Both the position numbers and the translations under genes were made by a program. DNA of 64,000 nt from assembly GCA_011170285.1 (NCBI GenBank), contig DUEE01000014.1:42024-106023 (forward strand), given 5' to 3'. The notes beneath the pieces are model-generated. The model saw only the letters and a list, made by a program, of their open reading frames with translations, made no database searches and had not been told where the DNA came from. Shown here in pieces: positions 18,944 to 27,490 of the stretch. Numbering within the stretch: the stretch's first letter is position 1; every line of letters begins with the position of its first letter. This DNA comes from Dehalococcoidia bacterium. GTDB taxonomy: Bacteria > Chloroflexota > Dehalococcoidia > Dehalococcoidales > W498.

Positions 18944-21109
18944 ATGACTTTTAATCAGCTTATAGATAAGGCTCGGGAGTATCTTCCACCAGAGAAGATA
19001 GCTATAGTTGAAGATGCCTATAATTTTGCCTCAAAGGCACACCAGGGGCAAGTACGTAAATCAGGCGAGCCTTATGTGGAGCACCCATTAGAGGTAGCTT
19101 TACTACTAGCTGAGCTCCAGCTAGATGCTAGTTCTCTGGCGGCTGCCTTGTTGCATGATGTTCCAGAGAATTGTGATATACCTATTTCGGAAATTGAAGC
19201 CAAGTTTGGCTTAGAGATAGCTAAGCTAGTTGATGGCGTCACTAAGCTAGGTAAGCTCTCTAGACAAACTCCGGGTGAGGTGGTGACTAGCGAACCGCAG
19301 GTGGAGAACCTGAGGAAGATGCTGGTGGCAATGGCTGAGGATCTCCGGGTGGTGTTTATCAAACTGGCTGATAGATTGCACAATATGCGCACCTTGGATG
19401 CCCTATCACCAGAAAAGCAGCGTAGCATCGCTCAGGAGACTTTAGAGATATATTCCCCCTTAGCTCATCGTCTGGGGATATGGGAGCTAAAGTGGCAGTT
19501 AGAAGATTTATCCTTCCGTTATCTGGAGCCAGAGAGGTATTACCAGATTGCTAACCTGATTGCTGCCCGGCGCACCCAGCGTGAGAGCTTCATCGCCCAA
19601 GTAATACAGATTTTGAGGGCGGAGTTTGATAAGGTTGCTCTCGGAGCTGACATATCAGGTAGACCCAAGCATATCTATAGCGTATACCAGAAAATGGAGA
19701 AGTATTCTGTACTGGGGAAATATTTTGATGATATACATGATCTTCTTGCCCTTCGGGTATTAGTTGGGACTGTGCCTGAATGTTATAGTGCGGTAGGCGT
19801 CATTCACAGTTTGTGGCGCCCTTTGTCTGATGAGTTTGATGACCTTATTGCTAATCCCAAGTCAAATGGATATCAATCGTTGCATACTGCAGTAATGTGT
19901 CTGGGCACAACCCCTCTGGAAGTGCAAATTCGCACTTATGATATGCATCATATTGCTGAATATGGGGTGGCGGCTCACTGGCGCTATAAAGAAGGTGATA
20001 AGCAGGATATACGCTTTGAGGAGAGAATAGGTTGGCTACGTCAGCTAGTTGAGTGGCACCGGGAGCTCAGCGGTGCTGAAGAGTTCCTGGAATCGGTTAA
20101 AACAGATATATTCATTGACCAAGTTTTTGTTTACACACCTAAGGGGGAGATAAAGGATTTACCCAAAGGTTCTACTCCCCTTGATTTTGCCTATCGGGTT
20201 CATACTGAATTGGGACACCGTTGTATAGGAGCTAAGGTAAATGGTAGGTTGGTGCCACTCAGTTATCAGCTAGGTAACGGTGATGTAGTAGAGATTATGT
20301 CGACTAAGGGGGCGAAGGGACCAAGCCGGGATTGGCTGAATCCGCATTTGGGTCATATTAAAACATCTCATGCTCGGGAGAAGATACGGCAGTGGTTTAA
20401 GAAGCAAGAGCGGGTAGAAAATATTGAGCGTGGTCGGGAGCTTTTGGAGAAGGAGACGAGGCGTCTAGGCATAAGACCCAGTGGGAGGGAGGAGCTGGCT
20501 AAGCTGTTCAAATATGATAACCCAGATGACTTTCTGGAGGCTATTGGTTATGGGGGTATTACCACCCATCAGATTGCCTTGAAACTAGCTGCTCAGCAAG
20601 AGCCACCTAAGGTAGTGCCTGGAGTTACACCACCTCAGCCACCGACATCAACTGTTCAGGTCTTGGGTGCTGGCGATATGCTTACTAATTTGGGTCGGTG
20701 TTGTCATCCTGTGCCTGGCGATAAGATTATTGGCTATATTACTCGGAGTAGGGGGGTGACAATCCATCGTCAGGATTGTTACAATGTGATTCATGAAGAT
20801 GAGAAGGAGAGACTGATTGCGGTGGAGTGGGGGCAGACTGATTCGGTATATCCAGTTAGAATTCAGGTTGAAGCCTGGGATAGAGTAGGGCTGGTGCGTG
20901 ATATCACTACTGTTGTAGCTGAAGAGAAGGTTAATATTGTGGCAGTGAACCTTATTAATCATGATGACTATACCATATCCACATTCCTTACTTTAGAGAC
21001 GAGGGGATTAGCTCAACTAAGTCGGCTTTTAGCAAAAGTTGAAGGTGTCCGAGGGGTGATAAGCGTGGCTAGGGCTAGGGATGAGGCAGCTATGAAAGCT
21101 AGTCCCTAA
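18944..21109 (+). CDS. relA: bifunctional (p)ppGpp synthetase/hydrolase (long RSH)
   Basis: HD domain LLHDV, ADRLHNMRTL, RPKH, GYQSLHT, EVQIRT, TGS, CC, ACT domains. Confidence 0.95.
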   Translation: MTFNQLIDKAREYLPPEKIAIVEDAYNFASKAHQGQVRKSGEPYVEHPLEVALLLAELQLDASSLAAALLHDVPENCDIPISEIEAKFGLEIAKLVDGVTKLGKLSRQTPGEVVTSEPQVENLRKMLVAMAEDLRVVFIKLADRLHNMRTLDALSPEKQRSIAQETLEIYSPLAHRLGIWELKWQLEDLSFRYLEPERYYQIANLIAARRTQRESFIAQVIQILRAEFDKVALGADISGRPKHIYSVYQKMEKYSVLGKYFDDIHDLLALRVLVGTVPECYSAVGVIHSLWRPLSDEFDDLIANPKSNGYQSLHTAVMCLGTTPLEVQIRTYDMHHIAEYGVAAHWRYKEGDKQDIRFEERIGWLRQLVEWHRELSGAEEFLESVKTDIFIDQVFVYTPKGEIKDLPKGSTPLDFAYRVHTELGHRCIGAKVNGRLVPLSYQLGNGDVVEIMSTKGAKGPSRDWLNPHLGHIKTSHAREKIRQWFKKQERVENIERGRELLEKETRRLGIRPSGREELAKLFKYDNPDDFLEAIGYGGITTHQIALKLAAQQEPPKVVPGVTPPQPPTSTVQVLGAGDMLTNLGRCCHPVPGDKIIGYITRSRGVTIHRQDCYNVIHEDEKERLIAVEWGQTDSVYPVRIQVEAWDRVGLVRDITTVVAEEKVNIVAVNLINHDDYTISTFLTLETRGLAQLSRLLAKVEGVRGVISVARARDEAAMKASP

Positions 21110-21148
21110 GCCTGATTGGTCTATAAAAGATATATAAGGAGGTAAATA

Positions 21149-21445
21149 TTGCCGGTTATTAAATCATCTCGAAAACGGGTACGGGTAACTGAAAGAATGC
21201 GATTACGTAACAAGTCTATTCGTAGCTTATGTAAGACGACCATTACTAAGGCGGAAAGGCTTATTTTCATGGGTGAGCTGGAATCGGCACAGAGTATGGT
21301 AATGGCTGCTATCAGCTCTTTAGATAAAGCGGCTGAAAAAGGGGTTATCCACCCCAATAATGCTGCCCGGCGCAAATCACGCTTAATGAAGAAACTAAAT
21401 GAAGCTGTGTCCTTGGCTGAAACTGAGCCAGACAAGGTTGGATGA
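21149..21445 (+). CDS. rpsT: 30S ribosomal protein S20
   Basis: KGVIHPNNAARRKSRL; GGAGG SD, TTG start. Confidence 0.95.
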   Translation: MPVIKSSRKRVRVTERMRLRNKSIRSLCKTTITKAERLIFMGELESAQSMVMAAISSLDKAAEKGVIHPNNAARRKSRLMKKLNEAVSLAETEPDKVG

Positions 21446-21467
21446 TTCGCTTTCTAGGAACGGGGTA

Positions 21468-21515
21468 TTGACAGGAGATCTTATTTAGTGTAGAGTCTTA
21501 ACAGAACAAATGTTC
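21468..21515 (+). promoter_or_regulatory. lexA promoter with SOS box GAAC-AAAT-GTTC (21504-21515)
   Basis: TTGACA(21468)-N17-TAGAGT(21491); palindromic GAAC-N4-GTTC at the expected +1. Confidence 0.85.
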
Positions 21516-21524
21516 GCTAAGGGG

Positions 21525-22160
21525 ATGAAGACATTATCATCTAAACAACAGGATATTGTTGATTTTATTCGCCGTTTTTTGGTGGATAGTGGCTATCCTC
21601 CCAGCATCAGGGATATAGTAAGTGGATGTGGGCTTAGCTCGACATCGGTTGTAGATTATAACTTAAAAATATTGGAAAAGGAAGGGTATATTCGTCGGCA
21701 TCATGAGGTGTCGCGTGGAATTGAGTTACTGGCTTGGTCTTCTGTCCTGCGGTCTCAAGTTCCTATCATTGGTCAAATAGCGGCTGGCGAGCCGATACCA
21801 GTGCCTACTCCTGATACCTGGAATGTTACTGCATCATCAGAGATTCTAGAGGTAACCGAAGACTTGACCCGGGGTAGAGAAGGGGTTTATGCTTTGAAGG
21901 TGAGGGGCTGGTCAATGGTGGATGCTTTGGTTAATGATGGTGATATTATACTGATGCAGTATATGAATGTGGTTGAAAATGGGGAGATGGCAGCAATATG
22001 GCTTAAGGCGGAAAAGGAGGTTACACTGAAAAAAGTTTATGTTGAGCCAGGTCGCATCCGCCTCCAGCCGGCAAATAGGGCCATGAGACCTATATACACT
22101 GACCCACAGAATATTGAGATTCAAGGTAGGGTCGTCGCTATTATCAGGCAGTTAGCTTGA
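21525..22160 (+). CDS. lexA: SOS repressor LexA
   Basis: GYPPSIRDI HTH, Ala-Gly cleavage site IAAGEP, catalytic Ser GWSM and Lys VTLKK; start moved to 21525 after AAGGGG. Confidence 0.95.
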   Translation: MKTLSSKQQDIVDFIRRFLVDSGYPPSIRDIVSGCGLSSTSVVDYNLKILEKEGYIRRHHEVSRGIELLAWSSVLRSQVPIIGQIAAGEPIPVPTPDTWNVTASSEILEVTEDLTRGREGVYALKVRGWSMVDALVNDGDIILMQYMNVVENGEMAAIWLKAEKEVTLKKVYVEPGRIRLQPANRAMRPIYTDPQNIEIQGRVVAIIRQLA

Positions 22161-22219
22161 TTTTTATTGTTAATAAGTATGAATTAGCAACAGCCTAATC
22201 TGGCAGCGGAAGAGGAGAT

Positions 22220-22789
22220 ATGATTTTATCTCAGTTTCAGAGTATAGGGCGTGACCTCTCTACTAAGGGGTTGGTTTCTTCCAATAGCGGGAATCTAAGT
22301 ATCCGGCTGGGAGAGCATATGATTATTACTCGGCGTGGTAGTCGGTTGGGTTATCTTGAAGAACATGATTTGATAGAGACTGGAATAAGTAAGAATGACA
22401 GGAATACACCTTTAGCCTCGGTAGAATTAGCCGTCCACCGCGCTATTTATCAAGAGACCACAGCTCAAGCTATTGTCCATGCCCATCCACCTCACGCCAT
22501 TGCCCTGTCACTAACTGAAACTGAGATTGTGCTTGGTGATACTGAGGGTCAGTCTATTCTGGACCGGGCTCCTGTCTTGGGTTGGCATATGGATGTGAGG
22601 CCAGGGGGTCTGGCTGATATAATTGGTCAGGCATTAAAGCAGTCCCGGATTATTATGGTTCACGGGCACGGCAGCTTTGCCATAGGTCAGCTACTTGAGG
22701 AAGCCTGTAATTGCACAACTACGCTAGAGGGAAGCTGCCGTATCATTTGCATATTGAAGTCTTTGCAGGCAAGCTCAGATAAGAGATAG
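22220..22789 (+). CDS. class II aldolase/adducin family protein (FucA-like)
   Basis: SGNLS, SVELAVH, HAHPP, HGHG. Confidence 0.85.
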   Translation: MILSQFQSIGRDLSTKGLVSSNSGNLSIRLGEHMIITRRGSRLGYLEEHDLIETGISKNDRNTPLASVELAVHRAIYQETTAQAIVHAHPPHAIALSLTETEIVLGDTEGQSILDRAPVLGWHMDVRPGGLADIIGQALKQSRIIMVHGHGSFAIGQLLEEACNCTTTLEGSCRIICILKSLQASSDKR

Positions 22790-22790
22790 C

Positions 22791-23483
22791 TTATCTCTCT
22801 CCTCTTTTATGTTTGTCTCTCCGCAGTAGTTCATTGAGAAGTTTTTGTTTACTTCCAGCATTGGCTACAGCGGTGGCGGCTGTAGGCATAAAATGGAGAA
22901 CTAACATTAGCAGTATAACAATGGTAAAGGCAACTTCTAGCCCTGATTTTTCCAGCAACCAGGTAGAGAGGGGCACCGAAAGGAGTCCGATGTTTATTGA
23001 CAGGACAGGGTTTCGGGTAATTATTATAAGTATAAGCGTTATGGCGAGAGTAATTAGTATCTCCCTGGGCATCAGGACGGCTAGAACACCTATGGTAGTA
23101 GCTAGACCATTTCCCCCGGTGAATTTCAGGTAGACAGACCAAATATGCCCGGCAATTGCTGCCAGTCCGGCTAGTAGGACAAAGTTTTCAGGTGCACCTA
23201 GTGAGTATTGAGCTATGGTTATAGCTCCGAGGGGGACATTTAGTAACCACTGGGCTATAGCTACTGCCGCTGCTCCCTTACTAACATCGAAAATTCCTAC
23301 AGCTACACCGGCTCCCCACCCCGCCTGCTGGAAGGCATTTCGACCGCCAACATTACCCCCACCCATCTGCCGGATGTCTTTGCCCTTTATCAAGCGAACC
23401 GCAATATAGGCTGATGGTATTGAACCGAGCAGGTAACCACCAACTACGGCAATAATAATAGTAATAATCTCATTAACTATCAT
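22791..23483 (-). CDS. plsY: glycerol-3-phosphate acyltransferase PlsY paralog 1
   Basis: YLLGSIP, DIRQMGGGNVG, DVSKG, GHIW, GGNGLAT; hydrophobic. Confidence 0.85.
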   Translation of the reverse strand: MIVNEIITIIIAVVGGYLLGSIPSAYIAVRLIKGKDIRQMGGGNVGGRNAFQQAGWGAGVAVGIFDVSKGAAAVAIAQWLLNVPLGAITIAQYSLGAPENFVLLAGLAAIAGHIWSVYLKFTGGNGLATTIGVLAVLMPREILITLAITLILIIITRNPVLSINIGLLSVPLSTWLLEKSGLEVAFTIVILLMLVLHFMPTAATAVANAGSKQKLLNELLRRDKHKRGER

Positions 23484-23502
23484 TTAACCCTATGCTAAGG
23501 GT

Positions 23503-24411
23503 TTATTTTTGATAAGCCGCTGTGCACCAGTTAAGGTATTTTGGATTATTACCTCGTATTACCCCGGAATAGAGCTGTTGTAATTTACTGGTTATGTCAC
23601 CAATTTCACCGTTGCCTATCTTACAGCGGTCTATCTCAGCTACAGGGGTTATATTGGCGGCAGTGCCGGTTAAAAAGCATTCGTCAGCATTATAAAGCTC
23701 AGTGCGCTCAATAGGTCTTTCTATGGTTTCGATACCCAGCTCATTTTTAGCCAGTTTTATTGTCGTATCGCGGGTAATACCCATCAAAATACTATTATAA
23801 CTGGCTGGTGTCACCAATTTGCCGTTAATAACCAGAAAGATGTTCTCACCACTCCCTTCAGCGACATAGCCATCCAGGGTAAGCATAATGGCCTCGTCGA
23901 AGCCATTCCCAATAGCTTCCGTTTTGGCTAGGGCATTGTTGATATAAAGTCCGGAAAGCTTAGCCCGAGGTATTTCCTTAGGGCATCGCCAGGAAGAAAC
24001 AGCACACCTGGCTTTGTCTACATCTAAATACCGTCCCCAGGGCATAGCCAGAATGAGGAAATCGTCTTCTAAATTATGTAGTCGTACACCCAGAGCCTCG
24101 GAGCTTTTATAAGCTAATGGACGGATATAAATATCTTCTTGGAAACCGCACTTTTTAACTAGTTCAATTGTTATCTGGCATAGCTCATCAATAGTATGGG
24201 CGAGGTTAATGTTCAACACCTGACAGCCCTGATGCATTCGCTGATAGTGTTCTTCAAGACGAAATAGGTAAATCTGCCTTTGCTCACTACTCCAGTTACC
24301 CCTGATGCCCTCAAAAACAGCAGTGCCGTAGTGAAGGGAGTTGGTCATAATCCCTATCTTAGCTTCGGCTAGGGGAATGAACTGCTGGCGAAAGTAGACA
24401 TATGAAGACAT
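23503..24411 (-). CDS. ilvE: branched-chain amino acid aminotransferase
   Basis: LHYGTAVFEG, YIRP, AEGSGENIF, GITR, FLTGTAA. Confidence 0.93.
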   Translation of the reverse strand: MSSYVYFRQQFIPLAEAKIGIMTNSLHYGTAVFEGIRGNWSSEQRQIYLFRLEEHYQRMHQGCQVLNINLAHTIDELCQITIELVKKCGFQEDIYIRPLAYKSSEALGVRLHNLEDDFLILAMPWGRYLDVDKARCAVSSWRCPKEIPRAKLSGLYINNALAKTEAIGNGFDEAIMLTLDGYVAEGSGENIFLVINGKLVTPASYNSILMGITRDTTIKLAKNELGIETIERPIERTELYNADECFLTGTAANITPVAEIDRCKIGNGEIGDITSKLQQLYSGVIRGNNPKYLNWCTAAYQK

Positions 24412-24441
24412 TTCTAAAAACTCCTTTCTTGGATGGAGGTC

Positions 24442-25104
24442 TTATTTGACCTTGACTTGAATTAGAATATCTCCTGGCTGACTATCGGTTATCTGACGAG
24501 CATTGCTCAATTTTACTTTCATTCCAGTTTTTATTCTGGCTGGAATTTTTACCTTCAAGGTTTTTCCTTTCCGGGTTAAGTCCTTTTCTATTCCTTGAGC
24601 GGCTTGTTCTTTGGTAATGATTATTTCGTAGTGAACATCTTGAGGTTTAGCTTTCTGAGCTTGGGCAAATAATTCCGCTAAACTAATTCTTCCGGGCATC
24701 TCAAATCTCATTTCTCGACCGCCGAACCCTTTATCGAATTTCTTAAAGGAATACCCCCTGCCTCCCAGTGAATCGCTGAATATATCGTCCAAAAAGTCGA
24801 ACCTGAGCCCGGCTCCACCAAAATCCTTTATCATATCTTCAAAAGTCCCTCTGGTAAAAGTGCTGCCAAAGATATCGCCGATATCGCCAATGGTGCCAAA
24901 TTGGTCATATTGGCTTCTTTTTTCAGGGTCGCCAAGAATTGCGTAGGCTTCGTTTATTTCCTTGAACTTGTCATTAGCCCATTTCTCTTTTCCGGGATTA
25001 CGGTCGGGGTGATACTGCATAGCCAGCTTTCTGTAGGCTTTTTTAATCTCGTCACTGGTGGCATTTCTTGATACCCCTAGAATTTGATAGTAATCTTTAG
25101 CCAT
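24442..25104 (-). CDS. short J-domain co-chaperone (CbpA-like)
   Basis: [14 protein letters not shown]-rich region, partial C-terminal domain (VKIPA...GDILIQV). Confidence 0.8.
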   Translation of the reverse strand: MAKDYYQILGVSRNATSDEIKKAYRKLAMQYHPDRNPGKEKWANDKFKEINEAYAILGDPEKRSQYDQFGTIGDIGDIFGSTFTRGTFEDMIKDFGGAGLRFDFLDDIFSDSLGGRGYSFKKFDKGFGGREMRFEMPGRISLAELFAQAQKAKPQDVHYEIIITKEQAAQGIEKDLTRKGKTLKVKIPARIKTGMKVKLSNARQITDSQPGDILIQVKVK

Positions 25105-25259
25105 TGGTACATCTCAGTCCTTACTTTGTTCCACCGTCGTCAATTATAGCATATTGGTTATAAGAGTTATAAGTCTCTTACAGAACTAGGCAGGTGATTG
25201 TGGTAAAATACAAAATATGCTAGCATAAGCGCTGCTGTAAGCAAATCTGAGGAATAGCG

Positions 25260-26351
25260 ATGAAAGCAGTTATTCTGGTGGGTGGAGAGGCAACCAGGCT
25301 ACTTCCCCTTACCTGCAATACCCCCAAAGTTATGGTTCCTGTGATTAATATCCCATTTTTGGAACATGTTATTCACTATCTCAGCCAGCATCAAATAAAA
25401 GATATAATTCTGGCTCAAAGACATCTTTCGCAATCTATCAAAAGCTATTTTGGCAATGGTAGTCGGTTTGAGGTCGAGCTTACCTGTACTATAGAAGATA
25501 TCCCTCTGGGGACGGCCGGGGCAGTGAAAAACGCTGAACAGTATTTAGATGACACCTTCCTGGTGCTGAATGGTGACATTTACACTGACCTGGACATTGC
25601 GGCTATGATAGACTTTCACCTCAAAAGAAAGGCAAAGGCAACCATTGCCCTTACTCCAGTGGATGACCCTACCAGCTATGGTTTAATAGAAACTAATGCC
25701 CAAGGGAGGGTTACACGCTTTTTAGAAAAGCCTCAGTGGAGTGAGGTGACTACCAATATGATAAATGCCGGTACCTATGTTCTGGAACCTGAAGCCCTAA
25801 ACCGCATTCCACCTCAAGCTAATTTCAGTTTTGAGCATGAGCTATTCCCACTACTTTTAGATCAAGGTGAGCCAGTTTATGCCTATACTTCCTCTGCCTA
25901 TTGGATAGACATAGGCACTCCAGAAAAATACTTTCAGCTACATCGGGACTTGTTCAGCGGCAATAGCGCCCGGCATAGTTGCCCGATAGGTGACGAGGTG
26001 CTGGTTGGTGAGCAAAGCTACATCCATCCTACAGTTCATATAAGGGGACCGGCTGTAATAGGCAGTAACTGCATTATTGGGCATAAGGTTAAACTAACCG
26101 GACCTGTGGTTATAGGCTCTGGTGGCACAATTCAGGAAGATAGTGTGATTGAGGAATCCATTATCTGGAGAAACGCTCAGCTAGGGCAGCGGGTTAGCTT
26201 AAAGAACTCTATTGTAGCTGACAACTGCCGTCTAAATGACAATACCACTATAGAGGACTCAATCCTGGGTGATAGTGTAACCGTGGTCAGTGGCTGTAAA
26301 TTGGAGCCGGGTAGCAAAATCTGGTCCGGGACGACAGTGGAAGTACCCTAA
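25260..26351 (+). CDS. NDP-sugar pyrophosphorylase (mannose-1-phosphate guanylyltransferase-like)
   Basis: AVILVGGEATRLLPLT..PK, LGTAGA, NGDI, FLEKP, WIDIG, hexapeptide-repeat tail. Confidence 0.88.
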   Translation: MKAVILVGGEATRLLPLTCNTPKVMVPVINIPFLEHVIHYLSQHQIKDIILAQRHLSQSIKSYFGNGSRFEVELTCTIEDIPLGTAGAVKNAEQYLDDTFLVLNGDIYTDLDIAAMIDFHLKRKAKATIALTPVDDPTSYGLIETNAQGRVTRFLEKPQWSEVTTNMINAGTYVLEPEALNRIPPQANFSFEHELFPLLLDQGEPVYAYTSSAYWIDIGTPEKYFQLHRDLFSGNSARHSCPIGDEVLVGEQSYIHPTVHIRGPAVIGSNCIIGHKVKLTGPVVIGSGGTIQEDSVIEESIIWRNAQLGQRVSLKNSIVADNCRLNDNTTIEDSILGDSVTVVSGCKLEPGSKIWSGTTVEVP

Positions 26352-26422
26352 ATAATCGGTAGTATATGGGAAAGGTCTTCATCAGAGGAAAGGGGTATAT
26401 TGACAGTGAGAGCGTATCTGCT

Positions 26423-26451
26423 TTGACAACCTACAAAATAACGAATAGAAT
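26423..26451 (+). promoter_or_regulatory. near-consensus sigma70 promoter of the zinc-ribbon locus
   Basis: TTGACA-N17-TAGAAT. Confidence 0.75.
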
Positions 26452-26674
26452 TAAACTGTAACCAAGAAAAGGAGGATGCGGCATAAGACCTTAAGGAAGG
26501 ATGCTGGGGGTACATTTAGGCAAATGGGCTGGCAGTGTTGAGTTTGGGTTCTGTCGGGATAGATGCTAGAGGGGGCATTTCAAAGCCCTGTGTGGTTCAA
26601 TTCAGTGGAAAATTGGCAACAAAGTAGGTGGATATCAACCTAGCTCCCACCGGGGGAATTACAAAGGAGGAATA

Positions 26675-26938
26675 ATTAGAACCGATATAATCAATAAGAT
26701 AGATTTAATGTGCGAGGAGTGTGGGCATCAATGGACTATAAATCCACAACCCCTAATGATGCCAGATCAGGAGTGGCTTGTGTTGATCTGCCCTAACTGT
26801 CTTAAGAGTACAACCAAATTAGACTGGAGGGGAGGAACTAAGTTCCCTCTGGAGAGTAAAGGCTATTGGGCCCATCGCTACTCGGAAGGGAAAAGGTTGG
26901 TGGTATTGTCTAGTACATACTCCACAGAGGAAATATAG
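26675..26938 (+). CDS. small zinc-ribbon protein, copy 1 (ATT start, or ATG at 26708)
   Basis: CEEC-x22-CPNC; GGAGG-AATA-ATT aligns with GGAGG-AATA-ATG of copy 2. Confidence 0.65.
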   Translation: MRTDIINKIDLMCEECGHQWTINPQPLMMPDQEWLVLICPNCLKSTTKLDWRGGTKFPLESKGYWAHRYSEGKRLVVLSSTYSTEEI

Positions 26939-27049
26939 ATGTTGGTGGGGATATTTCAAAGCCCTATAGGGTTCAAGCCAGTGGGAAATTAGCAACAAAG
27001 TGGGTGGATATAACCCTAGCTCCTATGGAGCAATTATAAGGGAGGAATA

Positions 27050-27286
27050 ATGAGAACCGATATCGTTGATAGGGTAGATTTAAAGTGTGAGGAATGTGGA
27101 CATCAATGGACTATGAACCCACAAACTCTAATGACACCAGGCCAGGAGTGGCTTGTTTTAGTCTGCCCTAACTGTCAAAATACTACAGCTTTATTAAACT
27201 GGAGGGGAGCAAGTAGATTCCCTGTGGAGGGTAGTAGGAGAGGGCTGGTGGTGCAACCCAGCACCTACTCCACAGGGGATAAGTAA
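27050..27286 (+). CDS. small zinc-ribbon protein, copy 2
   Basis: GGAGG SD, ATG, CEEC-x22-CPNC; many synonymous differences from copy 1. Confidence 0.75.
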   Translation: MRTDIVDRVDLKCEECGHQWTMNPQTLMTPGQEWLVLVCPNCQNTTALLNWRGASRFPVEGSRRGLVVQPSTYSTGDK

Positions 27287-27490
27287 GGTTATTTTTACGG
27301 AAAGGCAGTAAGTAATGGATTTTATTCCTATGGTGGTGGCAAATATATTTGTAGAGAATGTGAAAGTGATGCCCCACTTGTAGGAAAGCATAATTGGCAA
27401 CATTACTGATTTTGGTGGGGCTTGTGTTGATAACTAATAAAACAGTGCTATCCGGGGCTATGGAATAATAATAATTGGGTATGAAGAATT

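Larger units (their letters stand above)
26559..27286 (+). repeat. diverged tandem duplication (units 26559-26934 and 26935-27286), each a ~115-nt spacer plus a small ORF
   Basis: Shared ATTTCAAAGCCCT, GGTTCAA, AATT.GCAACAAAGT.GGTGGATAT, CCTAGCTCC, GGAGGAATA and paralogous ORFs. Confidence 0.9.

Noticed and set aside
26476-26562. Leader ORF MRHKTLRKDAGGTFRQMGWQC with an in-frame TGA read as selenocysteine
   Set aside because: The SD abuts the ATG with no spacer, a TAG follows seven codons later, and there is no SECIS-like hairpin.
26559-27049. Known riboswitch or tRNA fragment (GGTTCAA T-loop-like)
   Set aside because: No cloverleaf, and I could not match consensus elements of the riboswitch classes I recognise; an Rfam scan is still needed.
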